Below are positions 13,110 to 24,348 of a stretch of DNA of 64,000 nt, one piece after another. Position 1 is the first letter of the stretch. Every line of letters starts with the position of its first letter. Origin of the DNA: Mobula hypostoma. Taxonomy: Eukaryota. Both the position numbers and the translations under genes were made by a program. The notes beneath the pieces are model-generated. The model did not search any database and was not told the DNA's origin. It worked only from the letters and a program-made list of their open reading frames with translations. The stretch is from assembly GCF_963921235.1 (NCBI RefSeq), contig NC_086107.1, positions 46,500,001 through 46,564,000 on the forward strand, in the 5' to 3' direction.

Positions 13110-14030
13110 ATAGAAACATAGAAACATAGAAAATAGGTGCAGGAGTAGGCCATTCGGCCCTTCGAGCCTGCACCACCATTTATTATGATCATGGCTGATC
13201 ATCCAACTCAGAACCCCGCCCCAGCCTTCCCTCCATACCCCCTGACCCCTGTAGCCACAAGGGCCATATCTAACTCCCTCTTAAACATAGCCAATGAACT
13301 GGCCTCAACAGTTTCCTGTGGCAGAGAATTCCACAGATTCACCACTCTCTGTGTGAAGAAGTTTTTGCTAATCTCGGTCCTAAAAGGCTTCCCCTCTATC
13401 CTCAAACTGTGACCCCTCGTTCTGGACTTCCCCAACATCGGGAACAATCTTCCTGCATCTAGCCTGTCCAATCCCTTTAGGATCTTATACGTTTCAATCA
13501 GATCCCCCCTCAATCTTCTAAATTCCAACGAGTACAAGCCCAGTTCATCCAGTCTTTCTTCATATGAAAGTCCTGCCATCCCAGGAATCAATCTGGTGAA
13601 CCTTCTTTGTACTCCCTCTATGGCAAAGATGTCTTTCCTCAGATTAGGGGACCAAAACTGCACACAATACTCCAGGTGTGGTCTCACCAAGGCCTTGTAC
13701 AACTGCAGTAGTACCTCCCTGCTCCTGTACTCGAATCCTCTCGCTATAAATGCCAGCATACCATTGGCCTTTTTCACTGCCTGCTGTACCTGCATGCCCA
13801 CTTTCAATGACTGGTGTATAATGACACCCAGGTCTCGTTGCACCTCCCCTTTTCCTAATCGGCCACCATTCAGATAATAATCTGTTTTCCTATTTTTGCC
13901 ACCAAAGTGGATAACTTCACATTTATCCACATTAAATTGCATCTGCCATGAGTTTGCCCACTCACCCAACCTATCCAAGTCACCCTGCATCCTCTTAGCA
14001 TCCTCCTCACTGCTAACACTGCCACCCAGT
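13110..14030 (-). mobile_element. Young 5'-truncated CR1 LINE with an open 260-aa RT C-terminal frame
   Basis: ORF 13208-13990 is uninterrupted (QGDLDRLGEWA...RPHLEYCVQFWSP); tail is (TTCTATGT)n on the minus strand. Confidence 0.92.
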
Positions 14031-14679
14031 ATGCCAGTGTAGAATTAATTATTTAGTTCACATTCAGATTATTTTCCTTCTGTGAGGTTAAGGCCGAAAT
14101 TGTACATTTATTCAAACATTTTACAATTAATCCTGAAACATATTTAGCCAAGATTCAGAGCGTAATGTTGTTCTTTACTAATTAAGCTTGTCTAATAATT
14201 AAATTCGTGATCTGAACTGTAAAGCAGAGAGAAAAATAAACTATTTCCTTTCCAGAACATTGTAGCCGCTAAAGATCTCAAGTATTGTATTAGCTGCAAT
14301 ACTATTTTGTATGATCAGAAAAGATACTGTGAAAGTGCTAAGTTCCTCCAGCATTTTGTGTGTTGCTCTGGATTTCCAGCATCTGCAGAATCTCTTCTGT
14401 TTATTACTATAAAAATGCAATTTCTCAATTGTGGTAAGAACTCAGCAAGTCAGGCAGCATCTGTAGAGGAGAATATAATGTACAATCGATGTTTTAGGAT
14501 GAGACCCTTCATTCAGATCCAAAACATTTAATGCTTATTCCCTTCTATAGATGCTGTCTGACTTGCTGTGGTCCTCCAGCATTTTGTGTGTATTGCTTAA
14601 GATTATCAGTATCTGCAGAATCTCTTGTATTCATGATTTCCCAATATTCTTGCTCAAAGTAAAATAAGTTATTGTTATT

Positions 14680-16316
14680 TCTATTCTCTCATGTTATGTA
14701 TCAATTGTCAATCGTAATATGAGTGTACACAAATGACATCGACATGGCATGACAATACTAGGAGTTCAGGGGGCCAGGGTCAGGAGTGGTCAGGCCTGAT
14801 CAGGCTGAACCTCATTCAGATGGAATTGTTATTAGACACCAGCACTGAAACCCTTCTTGGGAGTTAATCTCATACAATATGAGCCATCTCTCACATATGC
14901 TCTCCATGCCATTCTATGCTGCATGGAGATGTTTGGGGCACAGGCTGCTCCTGCAAAACATTAAAAAAAACAATAAGTTACAGTCAGAAAAATAAGAATA
15001 AACAAGCCTGCAAAATGAAGGCAAAATAGCGAGGTTGTGTTCATGGGTCATCAACCATTCAGATTTCAGATGGCCGAGGGAAAGAAGCTGTTCCTAAAAC
15101 TGAGTGTGAGACTTCAGGCTCCTGTACCTGCTCCCTGGTGGTTGTAATTAGTAGAGGGCATGTCCTGGGTGGTGGGAGTCCTTAACGATGGAGGCATCGC
15201 CTTTTGAAGATGTCCTATGTCTTATAGATTGGGGCTGAGAGGGAAATGGATCAGCCATAATGAAATCGCAGAGCAGACTTCATGGGCCAAATGGCCTGAT
15301 CGTGCTCCTGCATCTTATGGTCTTACGTCGTCGATGGTGAGGAGGCTAGTGGGCATGATGGAGCAGGCTGAGTTTACAACCCCCTGCAGCTTTATTGTTA
15401 CTTCTGTTCTCTCATGTTATGTATCAATTGTAATACGAGAGTGTACAAATGACATTGACATGGCATGACAATACTAGGTGTTCATGAGGGTCATGATTGG
15501 TCAGGCCTGATCAGGCTGAACCTCATTCAGATGGAATTGTTATTAGACACCAGCACTGAAACCCTTCTTGGGAGTTAATCCCATCTCTCACATATGCTCT
15601 CTGTGCCATTCTATGCTGCATGGAGATGTTTGGGGCACAGGCTGCTCCTGCACATATTCTACTTCCTCAGCCCAACCCGGCATTTGGACGTGTCATTGCA
15701 ATCGATTCTGCCATCGAGCAGCAGAGAGAATGGGGAGCAGGGTGGGGGCTGGATAGCCTTAAAAGCTCATGACTAATGATTTCAGTTCATCAACAGCTCA
15801 ATCCCAGAATCAGAATCAGCTTTATCATCACTGACATTGGTCTTGAAATTTGCAGTTTGTCAGCAGCATTTTAGTGCAAAACATTTAAAAAGCAATAAGT
15901 TACAGTAAGAAATATAAGAATAAACAAGCCCTGCAAAACGAAGGCAAAATAGCGAGGTTGTATTCATGGGTCATCAACCATTCAGAATTCAGATGGCCAA
16001 GGGGAAGAAGCTGTTCCTAAAACTGAGGGTGTGACTTCAGGCTCCTGTACCTGCTCCCTGGTGGTAGTAATGAGAAGAGGGCATGTCCTGGGTGGTGGGA
16101 GTCCTTAACGATGGAGGCAACGCCTTTTGAAGATGTCCTATAGTCTTATAGATTGGGGCTGAGAGGGAAATGGATCAGCTGTAATGAAATGGCAGAGCAG
16201 ACTTCATAGGCCAAATAGCCTAATCGTGCTCCTACATCTTATGGCCTTATGTCATTGATGGTGAGGAGGCTAGTGCCCATGATGGAGCGGGCTGAGTTTA
16301 CAACCCTCTGCAGCTT
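14680..16316. repeat. Local tandem duplication, pattern X-Y-X'-Z-Y'
   Basis: 14680-14955 matches 15400-15652, and 14955-15392 matches 15875-16316. Confidence 0.85.
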
Positions 16317-16690
16317 TTCCTGATCCTGTGTATTGGCACCTCCATACCAGACTGTGATGTAACCAGTCAGAATGCTCTCCAGCACATATCAGTAGACATT
16401 TTCTCAAGTCTTTGTGACATTAAAAGATTTCCTCAAAATCTTAATGAAATATAGCCGCTGGCCTGCTTTCTTCTTATTTACATCAATACGTTGGGCCAAA
16501 GATAGATCTTCAGAGTTGTTGACATTTAAAAACTTGAAACCACCTACCATTTCCACTGCTGACCCCTCGATGAGGACTGGAGTGTGTTCTTCATCCTTCC
16601 CCTTCCTGAGGTCCACAGTCAATTCCTTGGTCTTATTGATATTGAGAGCAAGGTTGTTGTGCAAAACTACATCAACGCCAGATGATGTTA
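16316..16690 (-). mobile_element. L2-clade RT fragment
   Basis: NNLALNINKTKELTVDLRK and KKAGQRLYFIKILR motifs. Confidence 0.75.
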
Positions 16691-17279
16691 ATACACCCCT
16701 CATTCTTCAACTTTGGCAAGGATTCTCATTCCTGACCCAAAATATTAAGTGATTTCTCTTTCTGCAGATGTTGTTTGTTTTGTGTTCCAGTATCTCCACT
16801 TTTATTTGTTTTCTCTCAAAACAAACCCAAAGGAAGACACATTTGCTTGTCATCTGACAGACACATGAAATATGAGAGGTTTCACCACTTGATTTCCTTA
16901 ATTTCATGCCTGCACATGGGAGCTCCCAAGACTTGACTAGAGAGCCAGAATATGGTACCAGCAGGGCTACAGTGTTGCTGAACATCAGACACCCTTGCGT
17001 TTTATCAACAGCATGATTGCTACCACTGGTATTGGTATGTGACAATAACACCAACACCAAGATTTAGTGAAAAGTTTTTGTTTAGAAGCCATCCAGACAT
17101 ATCATTCCATAAATAAGTATATTCAGGTTGCAAAAATAACAGAATGCATTTTATAGTGATGTATTTAGATAGGTCAAGTGCAGGCAAACAAATGAAGAAT
17201 AAGAGCCAGACTAGGTAGATTGGTTATGGATTACCAGTAGAAAGGTCTCAGGGCCAGCTAATGTTAAAAATTCCCATCA

Positions 17280-17850
17280 CGGAACGCAGGGGTCCCTGGC
17301 GGGCTCTGGTCACAGGTTTTATTTTGGTAAAGGGTCGAGCATGAGAGGCGCTGGATCGGCAGCAGTCGCCGCCTCCCGAAGCGCTGAATGATTCTCTCTC
17401 TCCATGGATGAGCAGGGTCACCATCACCCCGCAGCCTCGTTTCCTCGACACCGCTTTTCGCCCACCTTTAAGACTGCAGCCTCAGTTTTCGATACGTCCT
17501 TACAACATTAAGGGTAATGCAATGTATACAGCCAGTCTTGCGGAGATGGCGGTTGACAAGACAGTATGGTTAAATTAAAACATATTCTATGATGATGGGT
17601 ATTTACCCGAACAAACCACGTGAAGAATACGAAAGTGAAAGCAGTTGTTTTCCCATCTGAAATGGCAGCGGAGCTGGGTTTTCCTTCCAGCCGCGCTCGG
17701 GCGAGGTCGCGGCGATACCGGTGGTCAGGGGCTTCGGGACCCCTGGTGTTGTTTCTGATTGTTGTGTGGCTCACCCCTGCGGCAGGTAAGGTGTCAGCGT
17801 GCAGTTACTCCTCTCCTCTGGGTAAAGAAGGTTTAAACGGCGGGGCATAA
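17280..17850. promoter_or_regulatory. CpG island and putative promoter with E-box (CACGTG 17617-17622) and IRF-E (GAAAGTGAAAGC 17631-17642)
   Basis: CpG-rich non-repeat stretch in a CpG-depleted background; motifs read directly 20-45 bp upstream of the ATG at 17662. Confidence 0.7.
17662..17785 (+). CDS. Signal-peptide exon 1a (MAAELGFPSSRARARSRRYRWSGASGPLVLFLIVVWLTPAA-G), phase 1
   Basis: ATG in good context (GAAATGG); basic n-region, hydrophobic core LVLFLIVVWL and small-residue c-region; donor CAG|GTAAG in phase 1, compatible with the IgV exon. Confidence 0.7.
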
Positions 17851-18659
17851 AATGGAGTCTGGAGTAAGGTTTCCTTTAAAAGATCATTCTCTAGAATCAT
17901 ACAAAGAAGCTTAAAACTTTTGCAGTTTGTTTATTGTCCAATTCTTTCAAATAAAACGTGGATGGGTTATTTATTTTGTGGCAACACACAAAATGCTGGA
18001 GGAACTCAGCAGGCCAACCCAGTTAGGGATTAAAGTGCAGTCGATGTTTTGGGCCGAGACCATTCAGCAAGATCGTTGACTGTATTCTTTTCCATGGTTG
18101 CTGCCTGGCCTGCTGAGTACCTCCAGCAATTTCTGTTACTTGGATTTCCAGCATCTGCAGATTTTCTCTTGTTTGTGATATTTCTTTTGTGGTATGATTA
18201 TACATTTTTAAGTACGCCCTAACTAGAGTGCCCACCCATAAAAACATTTTCTGCCTCTAAAATAGGATGTTCAGGTTATTGTTTCATTTATGTTTGTTAA
18301 ATTTATATAATTGGGCCACTTACGGATTTGGTTGACACCAGTCAAAATTTATCATAATTCCAATTGGATTGTGAAGTGGTTTTTGTTTGCTGTAGCTTGT
18401 CTTGATGAATTCCTCTCCCCTCTGTGCCTGTTCTTACCCCTTCTTTGGCAATTCCTCGGGGTTGAAGCTAACTTGCAACCCCTGTATTTCTGAGGTATTG
18501 TTGAGGCCAATGTGGTTCCTGCAAACTCTACCCAGGTGGAGTAGGAGGTGCTTGCTTTGACAGCTTGGTTAGTTGGACTGGAGGTATTATACTCCTTCTA
18601 CATTTGATCATGGCTTTAGTGGTTTCCCCATTTTAATTGGTAAAGGGTGAAGTATTCTC

Positions 18660-20190
18660 ATTAAGACTTGCACCCTTCATCCCTGTGATTGGACGCATTG
18701 GTAGTCATTTTCCAATGTTCAATAGATTCGGGATTAGTTCCTGAGGACTGGAGGGTAGTTAATGTTATCCCACCTTTAAGAAAGGAGGGAGAGAGAAAAC
18801 GGGGAATTATAGACCAGTTAGCCTGACATCAAGTGGTAGGCAAGATGCTGGAGTCAATTATAAAAGATGAAATAGCTGCACATTTAGATAGCTGAAACAG
18901 GATCAGTCTGAGTCAGCATGGATTTACGAAGGGGAAATCATCCTTGACTAATCTTCTGGAACTTTTTGAGGAAGTAACTATGAAAATGGACAAGGGAGAG
19001 CCAGTGGATGTAGTGTACCTGGACTTTCAGAAAGCCTTTGATAAGGTCCCACATAGATTAGTGTGCAAAATTAGAGCACATGGTATTGGGGGCAGGGTAC
19101 TGACATGGATAGAAAATTGGTTGGCAGACAGGAAAAAAAAGTAGGGATTAACGGGTCCCTTTCAGAATGGCAGACAGTGACTAGTGGGGTACAATAACGC
19201 TCGGTGCTGGGACCGCAGCTATTTACAACATACATTGATGATTTAGATGAAAGGATTAAAAGTAACATTCACAAATTTGCAGATGACACAAAGCTGGGTG
19301 GCAGTGCGAAATGTGCGGAGGATGTTGTGATAATGCAGGGTGACTTGGACAGGTTGGGTGAGTGGGCAGATGCATGGCAGATACCATTTATTGTGGATAA
19401 ATGTGAGGTTATCCACTTTGGTGGCAAGAACAGGAAGGCCGATTACTATTTGAACGTTGTCAAGTTAGGAAAAGGTGAAGTACAACGAGATCTAGGTGTC
19501 CTTGTTCATCAGTCACTGAAAGCAAGCATGCAGGTTCAGCAGGCAGTGAAGAAAGCTAATGGAATGTTGGCCTTCATAACAAGGGGAGTTGAGTATAGGA
19601 GCAAAGCGGTCCTTCTGCAGTTGTACAGGGCCCTGGGGAGACCACACCTGAAGTATTGTGTAAGTTTTGGTCTCCAAATTTGAGGAAGGACATTCTTGCT
19701 GTTGAGGGAGTGCAGCGCAGGTTCATGAGGTTAATTCCTGGGATGGCGGGCCTGTCATATGTTGAAAGATTGGAACGATTAGGCTTGCCTACACCGGAAT
19801 TCAGAAGGATGAGAGGGGATCTGATTGAAACCGATAAGATTATTAAGGGATTGGAAACACTAGAGGCAGGAAACATGTTCCCGATGTTGGGGGAGTCCAG
19901 AACCAGAGGCCACAATTTGAGAATAAGGGGTAGGTCATTTAGAACAGAGTTGAGGAGAAACTTTTTCACCCAGAGAGTTGTGGATCTGTGGAATGCTCTG
20001 CCTCAGAAGGCAGTGGAGGCCAATTCTCCGGATGCTTTCAAGAAAGAGCTAGATAGAGCTCTTCATGATAGCGGAGTCAAGGGATATGGGGAGAAGGCAG
20101 GAACGGGGTACTGATTGTGGATGATCAGCCATGATCACAGTGGATGGCGGTGCTGTCTCGAAGGGCCGAATGGCCTACTCCTGCATCTAT
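18660..20190 (+). mobile_element. CR1 LINE RT region and 3' end
   Basis: YLDFQKAFDKVPH, KFADDTKLGG and RPHLKYC motifs; a few frameshifts. Confidence 0.92.
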
Positions 20191-20869
20191 TGTCTATGCT
20201 CATTGAATCAAATTGTCTCTGGTTAAGTTATAATCAGAAAAAAATTTATTTGATAACCTTCTTGGTAGTGTGGAGACAGTCAATTGCATTGTTAAGCAGA
20301 ACTTTAATTTTGCACCATTTTCTTTTTCTCAAAATGTTCTCTCCCTTATTCTACTCTTTCCCAACCCCATACACTTTGAAATATCTCCAGCTCTTCAGTT
20401 TTGGCTCTAAGTTATTCGAGAGTTTACTCACTGCATGGATAGTGGTTGCATTTTCAGCTGCTGAAGTTCTCACTTTAGAATTACCTCAAAAAATTAGGGA
20501 GACATGGGAAGTGTTTAAGTGTTAATATTTTAGAGGGTTGGTGGGTTTATAGAAAAGTACAGAAAGGGTGGAGAGAGACCATGGCAAAGCTGCGAATCAG
20601 AAAATTATCGAAAACTGGACAATGGGGTGACCCGTTGGGGCACCCTTTGAGAGAAAGGTAGTGCCGTCTGATGTGACCAGAATGAACATTACATTTTCCT
20701 GACTGCTATTGCTATCTCTTTGCTTTGGAAACTGAAGTAGAAAACCTCAGTTTATGAAAGAAGAACGATGCATAGCAAAGTGGCATAATTAGGCTGACCA
20801 TTTTTTTTACCCTAATGCTGGATAGAAGATATGAAGCAGTAACACCAAAGGAGGTTGATTATTCTTGAG

Positions 20870-22543
20870 CAGGGGTCCCCAACCTTTTTTGCACTGTGGA
20901 CTGGTTTAATATTGACAATATTCTTGTGGACCGGCTGACAGCGGGGGGTGGGGGGGGTGGTTGTTCAAGTAGGGTTAAACTCACCTCAACATGTTGTTAC
21001 GAGAATACACATAAAATTAAGATGTTTGCTGGCCTGGTCTAGCATCAGTGGCATCAGCAGTTGGTCTGCCACCTGCCCTCAGGGGAAGGAGAGATAAGGA
21101 ACAATGGAGCAGCGTCTGGAGATGTGTAATGAAGGGATGTGGGAGAGAGAGCTGTCTGGAGCGGCTCCCCCCTTTGAACCCTGAACTGTTTGAAGTGATG
21201 GACAGGCGATACCCCAGCAGGGGGATAAAAAGGGACAGGTTCGCTAAGACAGGACACACGCCACCCGAGGTAACGAGACCCTGGAAGCGGTGCGCCTCTC
21301 ACGAGTGGGTGAGAAGTATCAGACAACGACAAGGGTGGAAAGGTACGATCAGCGGGAACCCGGTGTGTGTCCGCCCTTGCCTGGGTGCCGGGTTCACTGC
21401 AGAGGATCGACCGCATCTGGAGGAGGGGTCACAGTCGGTGACCTCAGGTGACATCACCAAGGACCTGCCCAAAAGCTGTTTGTGAGCAATCTCGCCGGTC
21501 TGTGAGTGAAGCCATGTCTGAATGATCAGTTGTTCCTGTTCTCTCTGTCTCTTCCCCCACGTTGTCCATCGCCATGGCAACGATTACTGCGAACTGAACT
21601 TTGAGTCATTTTGAAATCTGGTCATTTACCCCTAGACAACGATAGAGCTTGATTGATGCTGTTATCTAATTTTGTGCACATGTGTGTTTATCATCAGTGA
21701 ACTGTTGCATTTATTATCCTTTCGATTACTGTGTTGCTTGTTTCTTTAATAAAACTTAGTTCTAGTACTCCAGACTCCAACTGAGTGATCCATTTCTGCT
21801 GGTTTGGCAACCCAGTTACGGGGTACGTAACAATGTCTTTTACAGTTAGGGTTGCCAACTTGCTCACTCCCAAATAAGGGACAAAAGTAGCAGTCAAATC
21901 CTGATGAAGGATCCTGGCCCGAAACGTCGTCAGTACCCCTTCCTATAGATGCTGTCTGGCCTGCTGCATTCACCAGCTTTTTTGTGTGTGTTGACGGGAC
22001 ACTCATCTTTACCCTGAGAAAGACTACCATGACCATGAAGCCTTGCGTGGGCACCTGTGGGCGCATGCATGACGTGCACATGCCGATTTTTTTTTCACAA
22101 ATCGGTTTTGGCTTAATCTTCCCAACTACACTGTACATACATTAATTCTACTTTATATAGGCTGTATTTATCATATCATTAATGCTTTTACTATATGTTA
22201 GAGTTATTTTAGGTTTTATGTGTTATTTGGTAGGTTATTTTTTGGGTCTGGGAATGCTCAAAAATTTTTCCCATGTAAATTACTGGTAATTGCTTCTTTG
22301 CTTTACGCCATTTCAGCACGAAAGGTTTCATAGTGGGGGAAATACAGGACAAGGGCGGTCCCGTATGGGACAAACCAATTTAGCCCAATATATGGGATGT
22401 CCCAGCAAATACGGGACAGTTGGCAACCCTATGTTCAAGTTCAACAGTGCATGACAGGGAATGAGGAAAGGTGCAGCTGACTCATATTGTTTCCTTGCGG
22501 CCCGGTAGCACATGCTTTGCGGCCCGGTGGTTGGGGACCGCTG
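20870..22543. mobile_element. Non-autonomous hAT-type DNA transposon (composite, with nested insertions)
   Basis: TIRs CAGGGGTCCCCAACC and GGTTGGGGACCGCTG; 8-bp TSD TTCTTGAG / TTCTTGAT. Confidence 0.8.
20995..21832 (+). mobile_element. Solo LTR (Gypsy/Gmr1-related) nested in the hAT element
   Basis: TG...CA ends and 4-bp TSD ATGT on both sides; its 3' end is nearly identical to the LTR ends at 25188 and 29227. Confidence 0.9.
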
Positions 22544-23563
22544 TTCTTGATGATGTGGTTGATGCTCTCCTGAGTGGACATGATATAGTTACCGCAGTCC
22601 TTTGACTGCAGCAAAGGGGTTTATGGGTGTCTCGAAGTACGTCATTACAATAAGATTTAATTATCTCTTATTGATAGGCGGCAGTTAGATCTGTCCCAAC
22701 CCTGCACATGCTGATGGTGATTAGCAGAATGTGACCCCTCAAAATAGAGCTGCCCTGCCCTTTTGCTCCAGTAGGTATCGCGGCTAAGGCTGGGCGTGCA
22801 CATGCATCGGGCTGTGGCGTCCCGATTTCCACGATGGCTGATCGGCTCGCGGGTGAAAGCGAGCGTGGTGATTTTGGAGAATGAGCAATTTTATATGAAT
22901 ATACAACCCTGAACTTTGCCTGCATTCTTTAAGTTAGCGTATTTTAATTCGACTTAACTAAAATAAGAGCTGCTGTAATGAACCATTTGCTCTCTAGGTA
23001 TGCATCCCTCCTGTATTGCAGGGGTGCACTGTAATTTGCTGTAAGTAGTTCGGTAAGATGACTATCAAATAAAGCAAAGATGGGACCTGTGCTGTAGCCC
23101 AAGGCTGATTTGAATATAGCTTCTGGCACGTTGCTACACGGCAGCCATACAGTACAGAAACATGTCCTTCAGTCCATCTCGTGCCAAGATGCACATCACA
23201 GTTCAGCACATTTGCCTGTGTTTGGTCTGTATCCCTTATACATTTTCTACCCATGGACCTGTTCAAATTTTATTTAAATTGTTATTGGTCCTGCCTCAAC
23301 AACTTCTGTCAGCTTGTTCCATATACATCTGACTCTGTGTGAAGAAGTTGCTCAGGTCCCTTTCAAATCTTCCCTTCCCATCTCAAACCTATGCCTTTCT
23401 CACTGATTCCCTTTCCTTGGGAGAAAGACTTCGTGCATTCACCATATCCAGAGCCCTCATAATATTGTCCAGCTGCATAAGGCTCCCCTCAGTCTCTTAG
23501 GCTCCAAGAAAAAGTACTAACTTGGTCAATCTCCCCCTATAGCCTCAGACCCACAGTTACTGG

Positions 23564-24310
23564 TGTAACACCCTGTTAAGTTTTTAATTGCTGTGCTGTA
23601 GATATTTCATCTTAGCAGTTCTGTAAGAGCAGTCTGTTCTACTGTCAGCCTTTTTGGGTTTGGGCTGATATAAGGGGCTTTGTTGTTCAACTTAGGAATG
23701 TGGTGTCAACCAATCAGGATGGTGGAATTGGGAGAAGGTTCTAGAGAACACTGGGGAGAGGATTTTTTTTTTGAAGGACACAGGTGTGGGTCGACCTCTT
23801 TTTGGCGGGAGCTGGGAGAAGACAGGAGGGAAGATGGCTGAGGATGCCGTCCCTGTTGCACAAGGTGCTTTGTGCAGATAACTGGTTTCAAAGAGGAAGG
23901 ACCAATACTCCCGTGGGAGAACCCATTTGTTCAAGATGGATTTCAAGCGACATTTGGAAGGTGGTGTGTCCTTTCACGCAGACCAAGGGTCCAGTGTGTG
24001 AGTTAGACAACTGCAAGATGAGCTCCTACTTATGTGCACATTTGACTGTTTAGTTATGATGGGCCCTTTTGTTTTTTTTCTTTAATAATGGGTAGCTTAA
24101 GTTAACATTCTTAATTACACGTTCTTTGTAATTGTATGCAGTGTACGGTCTGTTATTTCTTGCCAACGACGATGGGGTGGGGGCAGTAAATCACACAGTA
24201 TACACACAAACTGGGATTTGGGTGGGTGAGATATCCCAACCTCATGGGTTTAGCACGGCCAAAATTGCATTCACCCTAGACGTACGGAGCCTCAGAAACA
24301 TGGTTTCCTT
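23564..24310. repeat. LTR-like repeat, probably truncated
   Basis: Begins TGTAACACCC with LTR-like composition; no matching CA end or TSD found. Confidence 0.35.
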
Positions 24311-24348
24311 GCCAGGTGATTTTATTCCTAATTTCTGCCCTTCTCTGT

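Noticed and set aside
13208-13990. 260-aa ORF as a host gene
   Set aside because: It is the CR1 RT C-terminus of a 5'-truncated young insertion.
16707-17060. 117-aa minus-strand ORF near the CpG island as a neighbouring gene
   Set aside because: It has no recognisable motif and no convincing splice signals.
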